DNA of 63,758 nucleotides, filler included. It is 6 parts of 6 records of this genome, joined end to end, with 100 filler letters (N's around TTAATTAATTAA, not from the genome) between each part and the next. Parts side by side here need not be neighbours in the genome. Positions count along the whole stretch, not along the records: positions 7,958 to 11,207 come from SRR20825010_287; positions 11,308 to 26,401 come from SRR20825010_289; 4 more parts are not named here. One strand, written 5' to 3'. The notes beneath the pieces were generated by a model. The model was given only the letters and a program-made list of their open reading frames with translations, searched no databases and was not told the DNA's origin. Shown here in pieces: positions 9,859 through 19,803 of the stretch. The position numbers and the translations under genes are program-made. How positions within the stretch are numbered: position 1 is the stretch's first letter; each line of letters begins with the position of its first letter.

Positions 9859-10314
9859 ATGCTGACAATCGTGTTGCGGTACGGGATTCTGGCTGTGGGC
9901 CTGTTGTTCCTCTGGTTCGCGTCGCTGAGCGCCCGATGGGGTGAGCCGCCTCCGCTGTCGTTGTTCAGCCCGCGTGAAACGCTGACGGTGGAAACCGCCA
10001 CGGTTGTCACGTCACCGGTGGGCAACGGCACCACGCGAACAGACCCAGAGCTCACCGTGGAATGGCCGCGCGACAGCGGCGCGCAGGTGGCCATCGACGG
10101 TTTGCTGGCGCTGACGCAACGGGGCGATGCTGACCGCGCGCGCGCGTTGGTGGCGGCCTATCCGCCCGGCTCGGACATCCGGGTGCGCATTGTACGCGGG
10201 CAGCCGATGGCCAACCGGCAGGATCTGTTCGGCACGGCGCATGCGCTGTTTCTTGGGCTGATGGGCAGTTTGATTGCCGGGTTCGGACTGGTCCTGAACA
10301 GGGCGCTGAAATAG
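9859..10314 (+). CDS. Hypothetical membrane protein (DUF3592-like architecture)
   Basis: TM - beta-rich domain (..AYPPGSDIRVRI..) - TM; SD GGAG upstream. Confidence 0.6.
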   Translation: MLTIVLRYGILAVGLLFLWFASLSARWGEPPPLSLFSPRETLTVETATVVTSPVGNGTTRTDPELTVEWPRDSGAQVAIDGLLALTQRGDADRARALVAAYPPGSDIRVRIVRGQPMANRQDLFGTAHALFLGLMGSLIAGFGLVLNRALK

Positions 10315-10421
10315 GCGCGGTCCGGCGTTTGGCTGGTCACATGACGCGAATTGGGTCACAGATGGGGACCGGCACATCGCGCACAGCGGGCAGCCCGGTT
10401 CAGCAGGGGGGGAACAGGTCT

Positions 10422-10826
10422 ATGGATGAAAGCAGCCCAAAAGGCGAATTGACGCTGCGGACGCTGGCAATGCCGGCGGATGTCAATGTGAACGGGGACA
10501 TTTTTGGCGGTTGGGTTTTGGCGCAGATGGACATTGCCAGCGGCATTGTCGCGGGCCAGCGCGCACAGGGCAGGGTGGCGACCGTCGCGGTGGACGCCAT
10601 GAAATTCATCCGCCCGGTCAAGGTGGGCGACGTGCTGTGCATCTACGCGCGCCTGATGCGGGTCGGGCGGACCTCAATGGCCATCGGGCTAGAGGCATGG
10701 GCCCTACGCGACCGGGTCGGCAAGCGCGAAAAGGTGACAGAGGCGGTGTTCACCTATGTGGCCATCGACGAGGCTGGCAACAAACGCGAAGTGCCGCCCG
10801 AGTCCGAGCTCCCGGGCGGCGCATAA
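10422..10826 (+). CDS. Acyl-CoA thioesterase (YciA-type hotdog fold)
   Basis: TLAMPADVNVNGDIFGGWVLAQMDIA, FIRPVKVGD, FTYVAIDE. Confidence 0.93.
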   Translation: MDESSPKGELTLRTLAMPADVNVNGDIFGGWVLAQMDIASGIVAGQRAQGRVATVAVDAMKFIRPVKVGDVLCIYARLMRVGRTSMAIGLEAWALRDRVGKREKVTEAVFTYVAIDEAGNKREVPPESELPGGA

Positions 10827-10828
10827 GA

Positions 10829-11035
10829 TCAGAGCAATTCGATATCCGAGGCGCTCTCGCGTCCGTCGCGGCCGGTTTGCAGCTCAAAGCTGACTTTCTG
10901 GTTGTCGGCAAGGCCGGTCAGGCCGGACCGCTCGACCGCTGAAATGTGGACAAATACGTCTTTGCCGCCGCCTTCGGGCGCGATAAAGCCAAAGCCTTTG
11001 GTGGTGTTGAACCATTTCACGGTGCCAGTCGCCAT
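10829..11035 (-). CDS. cspA: Cold-shock protein (CspA family), 68 aa
   Basis: MATGTVKWFNTTKGFGFI (RNP1), DVFVHISA (RNP2); SD GGAG upstream of ATG 11035. Confidence 0.95.
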   Translation of the reverse strand: MATGTVKWFNTTKGFGFIAPEGGGKDVFVHISAVERSGLTGLADNQKVSFELQTGRDGRESASDIELL

Positions 11036-11207
11036 CGTGATGTCTCCATGTTCGTTTTGCGCCGCACGCGGAAGTGCTGCGGCCCGGCATAGGTCAGAGC
11101 AGTATCGATTGCGCTGACGCCGCAAGGCGGAGACAGGAAGACGATAGTGATAACGTAGCACGGAAAAAATCTCAGATTCGGGGATTCGGATCAAGTGAGT
11201 TCAGATG

Positions 11208-11307
11208 NNNNNNNNNNNNNNNNNNNNNNNNNNNNNNNNNNNNNNNNNNNNTTAATTAATTAANNNNNNNNNNNNNNNNNNNNNNNNNNNNNNNNNNNNN
11301 NNNNNNN
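11208..11307. other. Artificial contig spacer
   Basis: 44 N + TTAATTAATTAA + 44 N. Confidence 0.99.
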
Positions 11308-11859
11308 GATCTTGTTGGTGGTGCGCGGGTACACGTAATCGGTACCAGCCAGAACGAAACGTTCAACACCCAGATCGTTGATCAGGTAATCTACCGCGGG
11401 AATGGCCTGCTGGTTTGGTGCGGCACCGGTGTAGAAAACATTCTTGGACGATTCTTCGCCTTCATACTGCACGGGATAGAAAAGCAGTCCGTTCAATTCT
11501 TCCACCACCGGAAGTACGGATTTGCGCGATACCGACGTCCAGCAACCGAAGATAACGTCCACGTCTTCCTTGGTAATCAGCTCCCGGGTTTTTTCGGCGA
11601 AAAGCGGCCAGTTGGACGCCGGGTCGACCACAACGGGCTCCAGTTTCTTGCCCATGATGCCGCCCTTCTTGTTCTGCTCTTCAATCATCATCAGAACGGT
11701 ATCTTTGAGAGTGGACTCACTGATGGCCATGGTGCCGGAGAGGGAGTGCAGAACCCCGACCTTGATGGTGTCGGCGGCCATTACGGCGCCGCTGTAGGCA
11801 ATAGCACTGGATGCGACAACGCCGGCAGCCAGTTTCTTCATGGATTGTGAAAAACTCAT
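11308..11859 (-). CDS. urtA: Urea ABC transporter substrate-binding protein, 3' truncated
   Basis: Signal peptide, [62 protein letters not shown]. Confidence 0.95.
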
Positions 11860-11977
11860 GGTGTTTCCCCTTGCGTTTAAGTTGGCGTTTCCATTTCCGT
11901 GAACCCTGTCCTCGGAGCACCAGATCCGGCTCCAGCAATCCGGCCGATTCACTGGCCGTTGTTCCCCCGCTAGCGGG

Positions 11978-12709
11978 TTAGCCGTCGACTCTTTCGGTCG
12001 AGCTGGCTTCAACCGAGTGCAACTGACTACGTGCACTGGCTTCGTGCAGCATGTGCACGGTGATTTTTCGGACTTCGTTACGGGATTCTTCAATGTGAGC
12101 GCGCAAAAGAATCTGTGCCTGTTCCACCCGGCGATGCAGGATGGCTTCCAGTACCGCTTGATGTTCGTTGTAGGTGGCGTCTACCCGTGGTGGTTTGGTG
12201 AAATCCAGGCGACGAATGATGCGCAGTCGTTCGGTCAAATCATGGTGGATGCGTGCCATTTCACTGTTGCCGGCGGCTTCCACCAGTTTTTCATGAAAGC
12301 GCTCGTCCATGCCGCTGACCACAGGGCCATCGTCGAGTCGTTGATCCCGGGGGACGCACCATTGGCTAACCAGATCATCCAGATTGCTGAGATCTCCGTC
12401 CTGTTCGCACAGCTTGCGTACGGCGGCGCATTCCAGAATGGTGCGCACGTCGTACAGCTCCTCGAAGTATTTAAAATCAAAGGGCTTGACCTGCCAGCCG
12501 CTGCGGTAAAGCACATCCACATAAGTTTCACGTTGTAAGCGGAACAGGGCTTCGCGCACCGGAGTGCGTGACACGCCCATCCGTTCGGCGATCTCGTTTT
12601 CACTGAAGCGGTCACCGGGCATTAGCCGGAAATCGAAAATGTCCTGCTTCAGTTGCAGATAGATTCGCTCTGCCAGGTTTTCGGTTTTTTTTGCCGCTCG
12701 CACATTCAT
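11978..12709 (-). CDS. GntR family regulator (FCD domain)
   Basis: [14 protein letters not shown] wHTH, DERFH..AGN FCD motif; start ATG 12709 with GAGGG SD. Confidence 0.93.
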   Translation of the reverse strand: MNVRAAKKTENLAERIYLQLKQDIFDFRLMPGDRFSENEIAERMGVSRTPVREALFRLQRETYVDVLYRSGWQVKPFDFKYFEELYDVRTILECAAVRKLCEQDGDLSNLDDLVSQWCVPRDQRLDDGPVVSGMDERFHEKLVEAAGNSEMARIHHDLTERLRIIRRLDFTKPPRVDATYNEHQAVLEAILHRRVEQAQILLRAHIEESRNEVRKITVHMLHEASARSQLHSVEASSTERVDG

Positions 12710-12719
12710 GCTTGATCCC

Positions 12720-15700
12720 TCAGGCCACCGCGTCGGTGTCGATGACAACGACCGGGTCGCCAGCATTGATAATGGCGCCGGGTTTGCAGTGCAGGCCGGT
12801 GACTTTGCCGTTGGCGTTGGCGGTAATTTCGAACTCCATTTTCATGGCTTCCACGATTACCAGAGGTTGCCCTTCCGTGACCTGGGCTCCTTCTTCCACC
12901 AGCAGTTTCCAGACATTGCCGCTGATTTCTGCGCTGATCAGGTGGCCATCCACGTCACCAATGTCGGCACTGTTTCCCATGAGCGCGGATTCGATTGCGG
13001 CATCCTCGTTTTGCCAGAGGGCCACTTCTTCGCGGTAGGCGGCATCACGGCGCGCATTGAAAGCGGCCATTTCCGGTTCGATTTCCGCCAGGAATTCGCG
13101 GTGTGCTTTCAGGCTGAACGGCTCTTCCGTGATCTCCACATCCAGGTGGCCATGGCGGAAGGCGTCACGCATTTCGGTGAGCCTGGCTTCACTGACCGGG
13201 TAGTAGCGCACCTGGTCGAAAAATTTCAGTAACCAGGGTTCACCGTTGTGAAATTGCTTGTTTTTGAGGTGCTTGTTCCAGATGGGCAGGGTTCGGCCTA
13301 CCAGCTGGTAACCGCCGGGGGAGTCCATGCCGTAAATACACATGTAAATGCCACCAATCCCGACGGTGCCTTCGGCGGTGAACGTCCGTGCCGGATTGTA
13401 TTTGGATGTCATCAGGCGGTGGCGAGGATCAATGGGCACGGCACAGGGGGCACCGAGATACACATCGCCCAGGCCGAGTACCAGATAGCTGGCACTGAAG
13501 ATGATGTCGCGTACCTGTTCGGTGGAATCCAGGCCGTTGATGCGACGAATGAATTCCACATTGTTCGGTAACCAGGGCGCGTCACTGCGGATGGTTTCCT
13601 GATAGCGCTGTACCGCATCCAGAGTGGCGCTGTCTTCAAATGCCATGGGTAAATGCAGGACGCGAGAGGTAACCACCATGTCGTCCACATTGCCGATGGT
13701 TTTTTCCCGCTCCAGCAGGGTGTTGACCAGCGTTGCCTGATCAATCAGGCGGGAATCGTAGTGAACCTGCAGACTGCGAACGCCGGGTGACAGTTCCAGA
13801 ATCCCGCTGACAGGTGCGCTTTTCAGATTCTCCATCAACGCATGCACACGCATGCGCAAAGCCAGGTCGAGCACGTTGTCTCCGTACTCGATCAGGATGT
13901 ATTTGTCGCCCGCCTGACGGTAGACGATACGCGGTACATCGCCTTCGGCGTCGTGCTCGGCGAGCATGGTAGCCGAGGTGCAGGCGGTGTTGTGATCGGC
14001 AATGGCGGGCTGTACCACCGGAATAACACCCAGGTTCTCGATGGAGGCATCCTGGGCTTCCTCCAGAGCTTTGGCTTCAGCGAAACTGATGGCTGAGAAA
14101 CGAATGCTGTCGCCGGGTTTCAGTTGCCCCACTTTCCACAGTTCGGCTTTGGCAATGGTTACTGGGCACACAAACCCACCCAGGCTGGGGCCATCCTTAG
14201 TCAGGATAACCGGGAAATCGCCGGTGAAATTGATCGAGCCAATGGCGTATTCATTGTCGTGTACATTGGACGGGTGCAGGCCGGCTTCGCCGCCGTCGGT
14301 GCGGGTCCAGCTCGGCTTCGGGCCGACCAAACGAATGCCCAGGCGGTTAGAGTTGTAGTGCACTTGCCAGTCGGCCTGGAAGAAATCGTCGATGGCCTTT
14401 TCGGTGAAGAAATCCGGTGCACCGTGGGGGCCGTACAGCACCTTGATATCCCAGTACTGCGGGTAGTCAGGCAGCAGGTTTTTCTCTGCCGGGTGAGGGT
14501 CGGCGACCGGTGCCGGTGAGGGACTGCCGGCCAGCTGTGGCTGGCAGACGGCAAGTACGTCGCCTTTGCGCAAGGTGCGGCCACCGTGGCCGCCGAACTG
14601 TCCCAGCACAAAGGTGGATTTGCTACCCAGGTAATCCGGCACATCGATGCCGTTGCGTACAGCAATATAGGTTCGGCAACCGTTGTCGACTTTGCCGGTA
14701 GTCAGGGTCTGGCCGGCCTTGATGGCGAGAGGCTCCCAGAAATTGACTGGGTTGCCGTCCACCTGCGCGTCACAGGATGCACCAGTGAGAGCGACCACAG
14801 TATCGCAATGAAATTTCAGGCTGGGGCCGACCAGGGTGGCTTCCAGCCCGGCGGCACTGTGGTGATTGCCGACGATGCGGTTGGCCAGCCGGAATGCGAA
14901 ATCATCCATGGGGCCGGAGGGCGGAACGCCGATATCCCAGTAGCCGGCACGGCCCGGGTAATCCTGCACCGTGGTGTAGGTGCCCGGGTCCACAATCTCG
15001 AACGCCATGGGCGTATAGTTGAAGGTTTCCAGGTAGCGGGTGGATACGGTACCGGCGATGACATTCTGATCGAGTAAAATTTGGCGCAGGTAATCCAGGT
15101 TGGTGGCGATACCGGACAGACGAGTTTGCGCCAGTGCATTTTGCATCTTCTCCAGTGCATCCTGGCGATCATCACCGTGGACGATAAGTTTGGCGAGCAT
15201 GGGATCGTAATGAGGGCTCACCACGGTGCCGGTCTCTACCCAGCCGTCCAGCCGAACGTTATCCGGGAAGAGCACTTCGGTGAGCTCGCCGGGGTTGGGC
15301 TGGAAATCTTTCAGGGCGTCTTCGGCGTAAATGCGGACTTCCATGGCCGCGCCCTGGCTGGTGTAGGTGTCATCGAGTGGGGGACGTTCACCGCCAGCAA
15401 GCATTAGCATCCAGGCGACCAGATCCACACCGAATACGGATTCGGTGACACCGTGTTCCACTTGCAGGCGGGTGTTTACTTCCAGGAAATAAAATTCGTC
15501 GCGCTCGTCGTCGTAGATATATTCCACCGTGCCGGCGGAACGGTATTTGACGGATTGACCCAGGCGCGCTGCGCTGGCGTGGAGTTTTTCGCGGGTGGCT
15601 TGCGGCAGGTTGGGGGCCGGAGTTTCTTCCACCACTTTCTGATTGCGCCGTTGCAGGGAGCACTCCCGCTCACCCAGTGCCAGTACGGTGCCGTTACCAT

Positions 15701-16343
15701 CACCGAAAATTTGCACTTCCACATGGCGGGCGCGGGCCACAAAACGTTCGATGAATACGCCGCTGTCGGAGAAGAAATTTTCGCCCAGTCGTTTCACGGA
15801 TTCATAGGCGGCGACCAGTTCGGCTTCATCATTACAGCGCGACAAGCCGATGCCACCACCGCCGGCGGTGCTTTTCAGCATGATCGGATAACCGATATCG
15901 CTGGCTGCCTGCCTGGCTTCGTCCAGGCTTTGTAGCAGGTCAGTACCGGGGGCGAGCGGAACGCCGGCTTTTTCCGCCAGCGCGCGGGCCTCATGTTTGA
16001 GGCCGAACTCACGGAGCTGTTTCGGGGTGGGGCCGATAAAGGCAATGCCGTTGGCTTCACAGGTTTCCGCAAACTCGGCATTTTCCGAAAGAAACCCGTA
16101 GCCCGGAATGATCGCCTGGGCGCCGGTGTCTTTGGCGGCCTTGAGGATCAGGTCGGTGCGCAGATAGCTTTCCGCGGCGGTTTGCCCACCCAGCGCCACC
16201 GCTTCGTCGGCGGCACTGACATGCTGGCTGTTACGGTCTGCATCGGAGTATACCGCCACCGAGCTGATGCCCATCTGCGACAGGGTGCGGCAAATGCGAA
16301 CCGCGATCTCCCCACGGTTGGCGATCAGGACTTTTTTCAGCAT
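12720..16343 (-). CDS. uca: Urea carboxylase
   Basis: Biotin carboxylase (IANRGEIA, PGYGFLSEN, EVNTRLQVEH), carboxyltransferase (HPSNVHD, SKYNPART), biotinyl EAMKME; 1207 aa. Confidence 0.97.
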   Translation of the reverse strand: MLKKVLIANRGEIAVRICRTLSQMGISSVAVYSDADRNSQHVSAADEAVALGGQTAAESYLRTDLILKAAKDTGAQAIIPGYGFLSENAEFAETCEANGIAFIGPTPKQLREFGLKHEARALAEKAGVPLAPGTDLLQSLDEARQAASDIGYPIMLKSTAGGGGIGLSRCNDEAELVAAYESVKRLGENFFSDSGVFIERFVARARHVEVQIFGDGNGTVLALGERECSLQRRNQKVVEETPAPNLPQATREKLHASAARLGQSVKYRSAGTVEYIYDDERDEFYFLEVNTRLQVEHGVTESVFGVDLVAWMLMLAGGERPPLDDTYTSQGAAMEVRIYAEDALKDFQPNPGELTEVLFPDNVRLDGWVETGTVVSPHYDPMLAKLIVHGDDRQDALEKMQNALAQTRLSGIATNLDYLRQILLDQNVIAGTVSTRYLETFNYTPMAFEIVDPGTYTTVQDYPGRAGYWDIGVPPSGPMDDFAFRLANRIVGNHHSAAGLEATLVGPSLKFHCDTVVALTGASCDAQVDGNPVNFWEPLAIKAGQTLTTGKVDNGCRTYIAVRNGIDVPDYLGSKSTFVLGQFGGHGGRTLRKGDVLAVCQPQLAGSPSPAPVADPHPAEKNLLPDYPQYWDIKVLYGPHGAPDFFTEKAIDDFFQADWQVHYNSNRLGIRLVGPKPSWTRTDGGEAGLHPSNVHDNEYAIGSINFTGDFPVILTKDGPSLGGFVCPVTIAKAELWKVGQLKPGDSIRFSAISFAEAKALEEAQDASIENLGVIPVVQPAIADHNTACTSATMLAEHDAEGDVPRIVYRQAGDKYILIEYGDNVLDLALRMRVHALMENLKSAPVSGILELSPGVRSLQVHYDSRLIDQATLVNTLLEREKTIGNVDDMVVTSRVLHLPMAFEDSATLDAVQRYQETIRSDAPWLPNNVEFIRRINGLDSTEQVRDIIFSASYLVLGLGDVYLGAPCAVPIDPRHRLMTSKYNPARTFTAEGTVGIGGIYMCIYGMDSPGGYQLVGRTLPIWNKHLKNKQFHNGEPWLLKFFDQVRYYPVSEARLTEMRDAFRHGHLDVEITEEPFSLKAHREFLAEIEPEMAAFNARRDAAYREEVALWQNEDAAIESALMGNSADIGDVDGHLISAEISGNVWKLLVEEGAQVTEGQPLVIVEAMKMEFEITANANGKVTGLHCKPGAIINAGDPVVVIDTDAVA

Positions 16344-18142
16344 CAGTGTGTCTCCTCAGCGTTTTTTTTCAGTTGCGCGATGTAGTTTCTCCAGCCGCCC
16401 AGAGCGGTAATGTCGGTGGCGTCATCAATGGCCCAGGGCTCACAGATAAAGCCTTTCACCCAGCACCCGTCGGCGGTTTCCAGGCTGCCGATGCCCAGTG
16501 GGGCGGGAATCAGGCCGACAAAACTGCCGAAGTGTTTCACCGGCATTTGCCACAGTTCGATGGGGATGCTGTCGCCGCCGCTTTTCTCGTTGCGGATCAG
16601 CCCGGGTTTGGGCGGCACTGTGTTGGCCAGGGCGTAGAGGCGGTAACAGGGGGCGGTGTGAGTGGCTTCGAGCAATACCCCGCCGCGTTCGGTGAGCTGG
16701 GTGTTGAGGGGCATGCCGGTAAGGTGTGCGCCGACTACCGCAACGGTGATCAGATCGTCGTCATCAGCATTGCTCGCGCGGGGTTGCGGCTCCGGCAAGA
16801 GCTGACCGGTGGCGCCGGCCTGCCAGGGCTGCGCCTGCTGCCAGCGTTGCCCGAAGTCGGCCAGCGCATGGTCTTGCCAGGCCGGGCCAATCAGGGTGAA
16901 GCCGCCGGGCAGGCTGTCTTCACGAAAGCCGCCGGGCAGCGCCAGGGCGCACAGGTCCAGCAAATTGACGAAGTTGGTCCAGGTGCCGAGCTGGCTGTTC
17001 AGGGTAATCGGGTCGGCCTGCACCGCGGCGCGGGTGTAAATGCCAGGCGTGGTGGGGAGGAGCAGGGCGTCCACCGTTTTCATCAGGGCGTCTGACTGAC
17101 GTTTCAGTTCGGCGAGCTGGTATTGGGCGCGGAAACCGTCGGCGGCGGTCAGGGCGGCGGCGGGTTCCAGAATGTCGCGGATTACTGGCAGCAGCGCATC
17201 GGGTTTTTCCTGCAACAGGCTTTCAGTCACGGTGAAGCGTTCAGCCACCCAGGGTCCCTGATAGAGCAGGGCGGCGGCATCTTGCAGCACCATGGTATCC
17301 ACGGTGACCAGGTCGGCGATCTGTTTGACCTGCTCCAGCTGTTGTTCCCACAACTGTTTGGCCCGGGTATCACCGAACCAGGGCAGGTCTTTGGGAATGC
17401 CTAACGTCGGGCGTGCGGGCAGGCCGGTGGTTTGTAAAACCGGCGCCGGGCGGCTGTAGGCATCGTCCGGGTCGAATTGACCGATCACCCGGTAGATCTG
17501 TTGGGCATCGTCTACGTTGAGGGCAAAGATGCTGACGCAATCCAGCGTCCGGCAGGCGGGCACGACACCTTTGGTGCTGATGGCCCCGCGTGTGGGTTTG
17601 AGGCCCACGGTATTGGTGAAAGCTGCAGGCACCCGGCCGGAGCCGGCAGTATCCGTACCCAGAGAGAAGGGCACGAGACCCAGGCTCACCGCCGTGGCGG
17701 AACCGGAGCTGGAACCGCCGCTGAGATAATCCGGATTAAACGGGTTGGGCACTTCCCCATAGGGGGAGCGGGTGCCCACCAGCCCGGTGGCGAACTGGTC
17801 CAGATTGGTTTTGCCCACCACAATGGCGCCGGCAGCGCGCAGTAACTGGACGGCAGTGGCGTCCTGCTTCGGGATGTAGGTGAAGTCCGGGCAGGCGGCG
17901 GTGGTGGGCAGGCCTGCCACATCGATATTGTCTTTGACTGCGAAGGGAATGCCATACAGTGGCAGGGATGAATCGGTTAGAGCGTTGGCCTGCTCGATCA
18001 ATGAGGACTCATCCAGCAGGTGGATCCACAGGGCACGTTCACTGTCGTGAAGTCGTGGTGCCAGTTCTTTCATGGCCTGTACCGGGGTGAGATCACCACT
18101 GCGGTAGGCCGCCTGCCATTGTTGAAGAGTCCAGCCAATCAT
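16343..18142 (-). CDS. atzF: Allophanate hydrolase
   Basis: Amidase signature (AVKDNID, GGSSSGS, GTDTAGSGRVPA) plus C-terminal VVGAHLTGMPLN domain; TGATG coupling to uca. Confidence 0.96.
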   Translation of the reverse strand: MIGWTLQQWQAAYRSGDLTPVQAMKELAPRLHDSERALWIHLLDESSLIEQANALTDSSLPLYGIPFAVKDNIDVAGLPTTAACPDFTYIPKQDATAVQLLRAAGAIVVGKTNLDQFATGLVGTRSPYGEVPNPFNPDYLSGGSSSGSATAVSLGLVPFSLGTDTAGSGRVPAAFTNTVGLKPTRGAISTKGVVPACRTLDCVSIFALNVDDAQQIYRVIGQFDPDDAYSRPAPVLQTTGLPARPTLGIPKDLPWFGDTRAKQLWEQQLEQVKQIADLVTVDTMVLQDAAALLYQGPWVAERFTVTESLLQEKPDALLPVIRDILEPAAALTAADGFRAQYQLAELKRQSDALMKTVDALLLPTTPGIYTRAAVQADPITLNSQLGTWTNFVNLLDLCALALPGGFREDSLPGGFTLIGPAWQDHALADFGQRWQQAQPWQAGATGQLLPEPQPRASNADDDDLITVAVVGAHLTGMPLNTQLTERGGVLLEATHTAPCYRLYALANTVPPKPGLIRNEKSGGDSIPIELWQMPVKHFGSFVGLIPAPLGIGSLETADGCWVKGFICEPWAIDDATDITALGGWRNYIAQLKKNAEETH

Positions 18143-18157
18143 TTGTTAGCACACCTG

Positions 18158-18186
18158 GTTGAATACAAGTTGGTATGCGAACTTGT
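18158..18186. promoter_or_regulatory. Putative GntR/FadR-type operator(s)
   Basis: Inverted repeat ACAAGTT-GGTATGCG-AACTTGT (18165-18186) plus overlapping GTTGAATACAAG, just downstream of the -12 element. Confidence 0.6.
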
Positions 18187-18201
18187 GCAAATGCGGTGCC
18201 A
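18186..18201 (-). promoter_or_regulatory. Sigma-54 (-24/-12) promoter of atzF-uca-gntR
   Basis: Minus strand TGGCAC-CGCAT-TTGCA, exact match to TGGCAC-N5-TTGCW. Confidence 0.88.
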
Positions 18202-18218
18202 GCCACGCAGAAAATATT

Positions 18219-18324
18219 TAACGTGTTGTTTTTACAATAATTAATAGTGATTCCATTGAGTCGGACCGGCCCCTGGGCGGAGACTGGATGCGCTAACCTG
18301 ATGCGTTTGCGCTGTATCGGTGCA
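18219..18324. promoter_or_regulatory. Putative IHF site and NtrC-type enhancer sites
   Basis: Minus strand AAACAACACGTTA (18219-18231, one mismatch to WATCAANNNNTTR); TGCGC-N7-GTGCA (18308-18324) and weaker TGCGC-N7-ATGCG (18289-18305). Confidence 0.55.
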
Positions 18325-18472
18325 GGCGTTGCCCCGCGCGCAAGTGCAGATCGTGTTATTGATCAGGTAAGCCGATGGCAGGAACAGCAAGGCTCTATTT
18401 CCACCGATTTGTTTACTCTGGCATCGTGATTGAAGCGGCTCCGATGAGCGGATTCGAGGTGGAGGAAAGGTA

Positions 18473-19324
18473 ATGACTCAGCGTGCGTTGGTTGTGGAAG
18501 GCGGTGCCATGCGCGGCATTTTCGCCGCCGGTGTGCTGGATGCGTTTCTGGAAAACTCCCATCACCGTTTCGACTTTGCGGTGGGCGTATCGGCGGGCTC
18601 GACCAATCTGATTGGTTACCTGGCGGGGGATCATGGCAGAAGCCGGCGGATCATCACCGACCATGCTTGTCGCCCGGACTTTATCAACTGGCAGCGCTTT
18701 ATGGCCGGCGGGCATCTGTGCGATGTGCACTGGTTGTGGCATCAGTCCCGCCTGGAGGTGCCGTTAAGTCTGGAGCAGCACTGGCAAGGTAAGGTGCCCT
18801 TGTGGGTGGTGACGACCTCGGTGGAAGACGGGGCGCCGCGCTATTTTGAAACTCGCCCGGATAACCTGGACGACGTGATGACGGCGTCCTGTTCCATCCC
18901 TTTTGCTTATCGCGATTTTCCCACGGTAGCCGGCCACCCCATGACCGATGGCGGGCTGGCGGATTCCATTCCAGTGCGTTGGGCTTACGAGCAGGGGGCG
19001 CGGGAAATTACTGTGGTGTTGTCCCGCCCGCAGGGGTTTCGTAAACGTCCCAGTGCCTTGACGCCCTTATTAAAGCCCTGGGTTCGTGATATGCCCGCCT
19101 TGTATGAGGCCATGGCGAATCGCACGGATGTTTATAATCAAGCGTTGGATTTTATCGATAATCCGCCTGAAGGTTGTCAGCTCAATGTGATCGCGCCGCC
19201 AGCGCACTTCCCTGTGAACCGGTTGACCACCAATGTGGAAAAACTGGAGCAGGGGTATCAGCAAGGCCATTGGGCTGGATTGCAATCGTTGGGCGCGGAG
19301 GTGAAGCAAGCGTCGAGTTGCTAG
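18473..19324 (+). CDS. Patatin-like phospholipase (YjjU-like)
   Basis: EGGAMRG, GVSAG, DGG motifs. Confidence 0.9.
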   Translation: MTQRALVVEGGAMRGIFAAGVLDAFLENSHHRFDFAVGVSAGSTNLIGYLAGDHGRSRRIITDHACRPDFINWQRFMAGGHLCDVHWLWHQSRLEVPLSLEQHWQGKVPLWVVTTSVEDGAPRYFETRPDNLDDVMTASCSIPFAYRDFPTVAGHPMTDGGLADSIPVRWAYEQGAREITVVLSRPQGFRKRPSALTPLLKPWVRDMPALYEAMANRTDVYNQALDFIDNPPEGCQLNVIAPPAHFPVNRLTTNVEKLEQGYQQGHWAGLQSLGAEVKQASSC

Positions 19325-19453
19325 CTGATAGGGTTGCATTGCGATCTCGCTTGCCGGCGTATTTAAACGCAAGAGGCCGCGTCCAAACAGTTGGGCGCGG
19401 CCTCTTTGTGTGCCAGTCCAGCAAGCTCAACATCGTGTTGTCGCTTGTGGCTG

Positions 19454-19786
19454 TCAGTCTTCTTCCTCTTCTTCGCAGTGCCAGACCCAGGCATCCAGCT
19501 CGATATGCTCGATACCGCGAAAATGGCTCTCCATCATAAACTCGCGGCGATCGCTGAGCATGCCGCGGTTGCCGCCGGCTTTCTTGATGGCTTTGGCGAG
19601 CTTCTTGTTCACGTTGTTATTGATGAACGCATCGCTGAACAACATGCCCTGCATCTTGCTCCCTGACGACACCGAGACTTCCCCTTTTTCTTCGCAGCCC
19701 TGAGGGGCTTCGCGGAGCAGTAATATTTTATCCGCCTGTGCTGCGAGTGACGTGCCGAGTAGCAGAATCATCAGACAAAAACGCAT
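19454..19786 (-). CDS. Small secreted hypothetical protein (DUF4156-like pattern)
   Basis: Signal peptide, GCEEKGEVSV..KAGGN..VWHC with two Cys, acidic tail. Confidence 0.55.
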   Translation of the reverse strand: MRFCLMILLLGTSLAAQADKILLLREAPQGCEEKGEVSVSSGSKMQGMLFSDAFINNNVNKKLAKAIKKAGGNRGMLSDRREFMMESHFRGIEHIELDAWVWHCEEEEED

Positions 19787-19803
19787 GGTGTTTCCTGTTG
19801 TTG

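Noticed and set aside
18143..18472. Guanidine riboswitch upstream of the carboxylase operon
   Set aside because: No guanidine-I motifs or twin ACGR hairpins seen; the sigma54 promoter leaves a very short leader
18473..19324. Patatin as an anti-phage (CBASS CapV-like) effector
   Set aside because: No nucleotidyltransferase or other defence gene nearby; looks like the stand-alone YjjU type
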